Positions 60,159 to 64,000 of a stretch of 64,000 nt of DNA are shown here, piece by piece; the first letter of the stretch is position 1; each line of letters opens with the position of its first letter. The notes under the pieces were generated by a model, which was not told where the DNA came from, did not search any database, and saw only the letters and a list, made by a program, of their open reading frames with translations. Origin of the DNA: an uncultured Desulfobacter sp. (GTDB lineage Bacteria; Desulfobacterota; Desulfobacteria; Desulfobacterales; Desulfobacteraceae); the NCBI GenBank assembly GCA_963665095.1, contig OY762069.1, forward strand, positions 5,184,001 through 5,248,000, given 5' to 3'. The position numbers and the translations under genes were made by a program.

Positions 60159-61262
60159 CTATCTGTTTTCCAGTGCGGAGCGCTCTTCATCGTGGTCTGC
60201 AAACTCCAGTGCAATGCCTCTGAATTCTTCCTCACGGTCCATAAATGCCTCAATGATACGGGGATCAAAATGGGTACCGCTGTCCTCCTGCAAAATATCC
60301 CTGGCTTTGGCATGGGTAAAGGGTGGTTTGTACACCCGTTTACTGATCAGGGCGTCATATACATCTGCCACCGCCATGATGCGGCCGGCAAAGGGGATAT
60401 CATCACCGGAAAGGCCCTGGGGGTATCCGGTACCGTCCCATTTTTCGTGATGGGTGTGGGCGATATGTCTTGCCAGGCGCAGAAATTCGCTGATGCGGCG
60501 GTCCTCCATGGCTTCCTCTGCCCGGATGATGGTGCCCTGGCCAAGGTTGGTATGTGTTTTCATGATCTTAAACTCGTCATCTGTGAGCTTGCCTGGCTTG
60601 AGCAGGACAGCATCGGGCACGCCAACCTTGCCGATATCGTGAAGCGGCGCGGATTTATAAAGCAGATTAATGGTTTCATCATTGAGAAGCTCAGAAAATG
60701 CCGGGTGGGTTTTCAGGGCCAGGGCCAGGGCCCGGACATATCTCTGGGTCCGGATAATGTGGCCGCCGGTTTCATTATCCCGGGTCTCAGCCAGGGCTGC
60801 CAGGCTGAAGATGGTGACCTCCCGGGTCATTTCCAGCTCTTTTGTGCGCAGCGCCACCAGTCCTTCCAGATTGTCCCGGTGCATTTTAAGCTCCATCTGG
60901 TTATGAACCCGGGCCTTGACAATGGGGGGGCTGATGGGTTTGGTCAGATAGTCCACAGCCCCAAGCTCCAGGCCTTTCTTTTCGTCCTCCATTTCATTCA
61001 TGGCTGTGACGAAAATAATGGGAATATCACGGGTGACCGGGTCGTTTTTAAGAACCTGAGCCACCTGGTAGCCGTTCATTTCAGGCATCATGATATCCAG
61101 AAGGATCAGATCCGGCGGACTCCCTCCTTTTACTATATTAATGGCTTTTTCCCCGTTTAACGCCGCTTTGACCTTGTACTCAGATTTGAGTACTCCCACC
61201 AGTACATCGATGTTTTCAGGCGTGTCGTCTACCACCAGAATGGTCTGTTTTTCATTATTCAT
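60159..61262 (-). CDS. REC plus HD-GYP response regulator (RpfG-like c-di-GMP phosphodiesterase)
   Basis: LVVDD, LLDIMMP, LHDIGK, HHEKWDGTGYP. Confidence 0.95.
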   Translation of the reverse strand: MNNEKQTILVVDDTPENIDVLVGVLKSEYKVKAALNGEKAINIVKGGSPPDLILLDIMMPEMNGYQVAQVLKNDPVTRDIPIIFVTAMNEMEDEKKGLELGAVDYLTKPISPPIVKARVHNQMELKMHRDNLEGLVALRTKELEMTREVTIFSLAALAETRDNETGGHIIRTQRYVRALALALKTHPAFSELLNDETINLLYKSAPLHDIGKVGVPDAVLLKPGKLTDDEFKIMKTHTNLGQGTIIRAEEAMEDRRISEFLRLARHIAHTHHEKWDGTGYPQGLSGDDIPFAGRIMAVADVYDALISKRVYKPPFTHAKARDILQEDSGTHFDPRIIEAFMDREEEFRGIALEFADHDEERSALENR

Positions 61263-61595
61263 AGCGTATTCCTCCAGGTTGATCCTGCAAGTCTTGCAAA
61301 GATTATCTAAAATGGACCAGGAGCCGGCCTGTTTTTATGTAATAATCGTCTGATATCAGCTTGATGAAGGTTGTCTGCGAATGATTATGAAATAAGTATT
61401 ACGGAATATGGGGATAAAATCAATAATAATGATATAAACTGAATACTTCTTCACCTTGACAATCGTGGGTTCATAGTCTACATGTGGCTGATAATTTTAG
61501 GGTTTGTTGATATACAAACCATGGGTTTACAAAGATAATTTGCCGGGAAGATGGTTTGCCCCGGTGCCTGTTTATAGTCAGAGCCAGGGGGTTGA

Positions 61596-64000
61596 ATGCT
61601 TGTCAGGAAGAAACGACTGCCTTTTTATGCCGGCCTTACCACGGTAGTCGTTGTTATTGTCATTGTTTTAAGCGCCTTTTTTTTATGGATTATCCATCGC
61701 GAAAGCAAGGTGGCTGCCATTAACCTGGCGGATCAGTTGTTTACGGCCATCAATGCCAGAAACCTTCAGCACTATGAAGATGCTTTGCAAGCCGCCGCCA
61801 TCCTGACAAGCACTGCCGCAAAGATGCCGGCCATGAAAGTGCTGCCCATCCATGAGGGTTTGTCGTATCCGGGGATGCCTGTAATGCTCCAGGCGCTCTC
61901 TTTTTATAACTTTCTTTTTTCAATATACTGCGGGTATGAAGACGGCAGTTTCATTCAGATCATTGCGGTCAGAAATGATGAAAAGCTGTGTAATCTGTAT
62001 GCGGCACCACCGAAAACATATTATGTATTAAGAACCATTGCACAAGGGACGTTCGGAGCACGGCCCATGCAGCAGCACTGGCAGTTTTTGGACAAAGATT
62101 GCGAAATCCTTGGCAGGGCGGAGGATCTCGATTCGGGTTACGATCCCCGTAAGCGGCCCTGGTACACCCGGGCGCGCATAGAGCCCGGCGCCTTTTTTAC
62201 CCAGCCCTATGTATTCAGTTCCTCCGGCCTTCCCGGTATTACCTGTGCCCGGAAACTGGCCGGCGGCATCGGGGTGTTGGGCTGTGACATTACCCTGGGA
62301 GAATTTACCAATGCATTGAAAAAACAGCAGGTGTCTGAAAATTCTGTGATGTTTGTGTTTGAACATGACGGACATATTATTCTAAATCCCGGAGAAAATC
62401 CGGTCAAACAGGGCGCGAATAATAAATTAACATTTCTTAAAGGGGATGCCTCCTCAGATCCAAGAATTCAGGCTGTGGTGGCGAATTACCGATGGGACCC
62501 GGATATCCGGTCCAACCATGCCCGGGAGATATCCATCAAAAGCGTCCCCTATCTTGTCCGGTTCACACCCGTTGAAATTGCATCGGGGATTGATCAGATT
62601 ATAGCCGTTGCAGCGCCGGTGTCTGATTTCACCGGTCATATTACAGCCATGGAGCATGATATTCTTGTTTTCTCGGGCATCATGCTGATGATCATCATTC
62701 CTCTGGCCTTTCTCATGTCCCGAGGCATATCTTCATCCCTCATGCGTCTGGAAAGCGAGGCTAAGAAAATCAAGCGGTCGGATTTTTCAGACTCCGAACC
62801 GTTTGATTCCGGGGTCAAGGAGCTTCATTCACTGATCTCGGCATTTTTTTTAATGAAAACAAGGATAAAGCGGCTTTTAAAACAGCAGCGTAACTTGTTT
62901 GACAATTTTACCAAGCTTATCGCTGCCGCCATTGATGCAAAATCTCCTTACACCGGCGGGCATTGCGCCCGGGTGCCGGTGATTGCCCAGATGTTGGCCG
63001 ATGCCGCATGCGAATGTGAAAACGGGCCGTTTGCCGATTTTATCATTAAATCAGAAGACCAGCGCTGGGAGTTTGAGGTGGCAGCCTGGCTGCATGACTG
63101 CGGCAAGGTAACCACCCCGGAACATGTGGTGGATAAAGCCACCAAGCTGGAAATTATATACAACCGCATCCATGAAGTGCGTATGCGCTTTGAAGTCCTG
63201 TTAAGGGATGCGCAGATTGAATATTATCAGGGCGTCCTGGAGGGAAAGGTGGCGCGTGAGCTGCTGCAGGCAGAGCTTGAAAAAAGACAGCAGCAGATTG
63301 TTGATGATTTCAGTTTCGTGGCTGAATGTAATGTGGGCGGCGAATTTATGGCGGACGAAAAAATAGAGCGCCTTCATCACATTGCCGGACAGACCTGGAC
63401 ACGCTATCTGGATGATCAGATAGGTATTTCCAGGGATGAAGCAGATCGCAAACCCAGCCCCAAACCTTCTCTGCCGGCAGAAGAACCGTTGCTTGCCGAC
63501 AAACCTGAGCATCTTATTAAAAGACCGGATATCTATTCCTTTGAAGACAATGATCATGGCTTTGATATGCCGGTACCGAAATATCTTTTTAATCAGGGCG
63601 AACTGCATAACTTAAGTATCCGGAGAGGAACCCTGTCAGAGGAGGACCGTTTTAAGATTAATGAGCATATTGTCCAGACAATCAAAATGCTTGATAAGCT
63701 GGATTTCCCGGATTATCTGGCCAATGTGCCGGAATTTGCAGGCGCCCATCACGAGACCATGAACGGCACCGGATATCCCTGTCGACGGAAAAAAGAGGAG
63801 ATGTCCATCCCTGCGCGCATCATGGCCATTGCAGACATCTTTGAGGCGCTGACAGCGGCAGACCGTCCTTATAAAGCACCCAAAACCCTGAGCGAGGCAG
63901 TTAAGATCATGAGCTTCATGCGCAATGATCAGCATATTGACCCGGATTTGTTCGATCTGTTCCTCACCCGGCGGGTTTATCGGAAATATGCTGAAAAACA
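61596..64000 (+). CDS. Membrane-anchored Cache/HAMP HD-GYP phosphodiesterase, runs off window end
   Basis: Open from ATG 61596 (MLVRKKRLPF.., TM, YDPRKRPWY, TM, DAKSPYTGGHC, WLHDCGK, HHETMNGTGYP); absent from ORF track because no stop in window. Confidence 0.9.
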   Translation, partial: MLVRKKRLPFYAGLTTVVVVIVIVLSAFFLWIIHRESKVAAINLADQLFTAINARNLQHYEDALQAAAILTSTAAKMPAMKVLPIHEGLSYPGMPVMLQALSFYNFLFSIYCGYEDGSFIQIIAVRNDEKLCNLYAAPPKTYYVLRTIAQGTFGARPMQQHWQFLDKDCEILGRAEDLDSGYDPRKRPWYTRARIEPGAFFTQPYVFSSSGLPGITCARKLAGGIGVLGCDITLGEFTNALKKQQVSENSVMFVFEHDGHIILNPGENPVKQGANNKLTFLKGDASSDPRIQAVVANYRWDPDIRSNHAREISIKSVPYLVRFTPVEIASGIDQIIAVAAPVSDFTGHITAMEHDILVFSGIMLMIIIPLAFLMSRGISSSLMRLESEAKKIKRSDFSDSEPFDSGVKELHSLISAFFLMKTRIKRLLKQQRNLFDNFTKLIAAAIDAKSPYTGGHCARVPVIAQMLADAACECENGPFADFIIKSEDQRWEFEVAAWLHDCGKVTTPEHVVDKATKLEIIYNRIHEVRMRFEVLLRDAQIEYYQGVLEGKVARELLQAELEKRQQQIVDDFSFVAECNVGGEFMADEKIERLHHIAGQTWTRYLDDQIGISRDEADRKPSPKPSLPAEEPLLADKPEHLIKRPDIYSFEDNDHGFDMPVPKYLFNQGELHNLSIRRGTLSEEDRFKINEHIVQTIKMLDKLDFPDYLANVPEFAGAHHETMNGTGYPCRRKKEEMSIPARIMAIADIFEALTAADRPYKAPKTLSEAVKIMSFMRNDQHIDPDLFDLFLTRRVYRKYAEK

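Noticed and set aside
61500..61595. Riboswitch upstream of the HD-GYP gene
   Set aside because: GGGCAAACC occurs only on the opposite strand and lacks the rest of the aptamer

Overview
Chromosomal window from a bacterium whose gene content suggests a sulfate-reducing Desulfobacteraceae-like deltaproteobacterium (inference, no marker gene present). Housekeeping and metabolic blocks include an RND efflux operon, a Pif1/HRDC helicase, GlcD/GlcF-type dehydrogenase, acyl-CoA synthetase, a tetrameric sarcosine-oxidase-like operon with ETF, pstSCAB, HD-GYP proteins, tRNA-Pro(TGG) and tRNA-Thr(CGT). Two AT-rich accessory patches interrupt them. The first (about 20.2-23.8 kb) holds a translationally coupled three-gene operon (TIGR04255-like protein, low-complexity protein, divergent MazF/PemK-pattern protein), the best candidate here for an undescribed toxin-antitoxin-chaperone or defence system. 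It is followed by a group II intron 3' remnant fused to a Phd/RelE cassette ending in an attC-like site. The second (about 50-58.5 kb) holds an orphan HD-domain protein and a three-level nested IS (IS3 inside IS3, with a three-gene DDE/AAA element inside that), whose non-coding tails share conserved hairpin motifs. Also notable: a methyltransferase/GNAT-like/V4R-kinase module behind a perfect palindrome, a divergent sigma54 DksA/radical-SAM unit, and a His-less Fic protein before pstS. All family calls come from motif recognition, not database searches.
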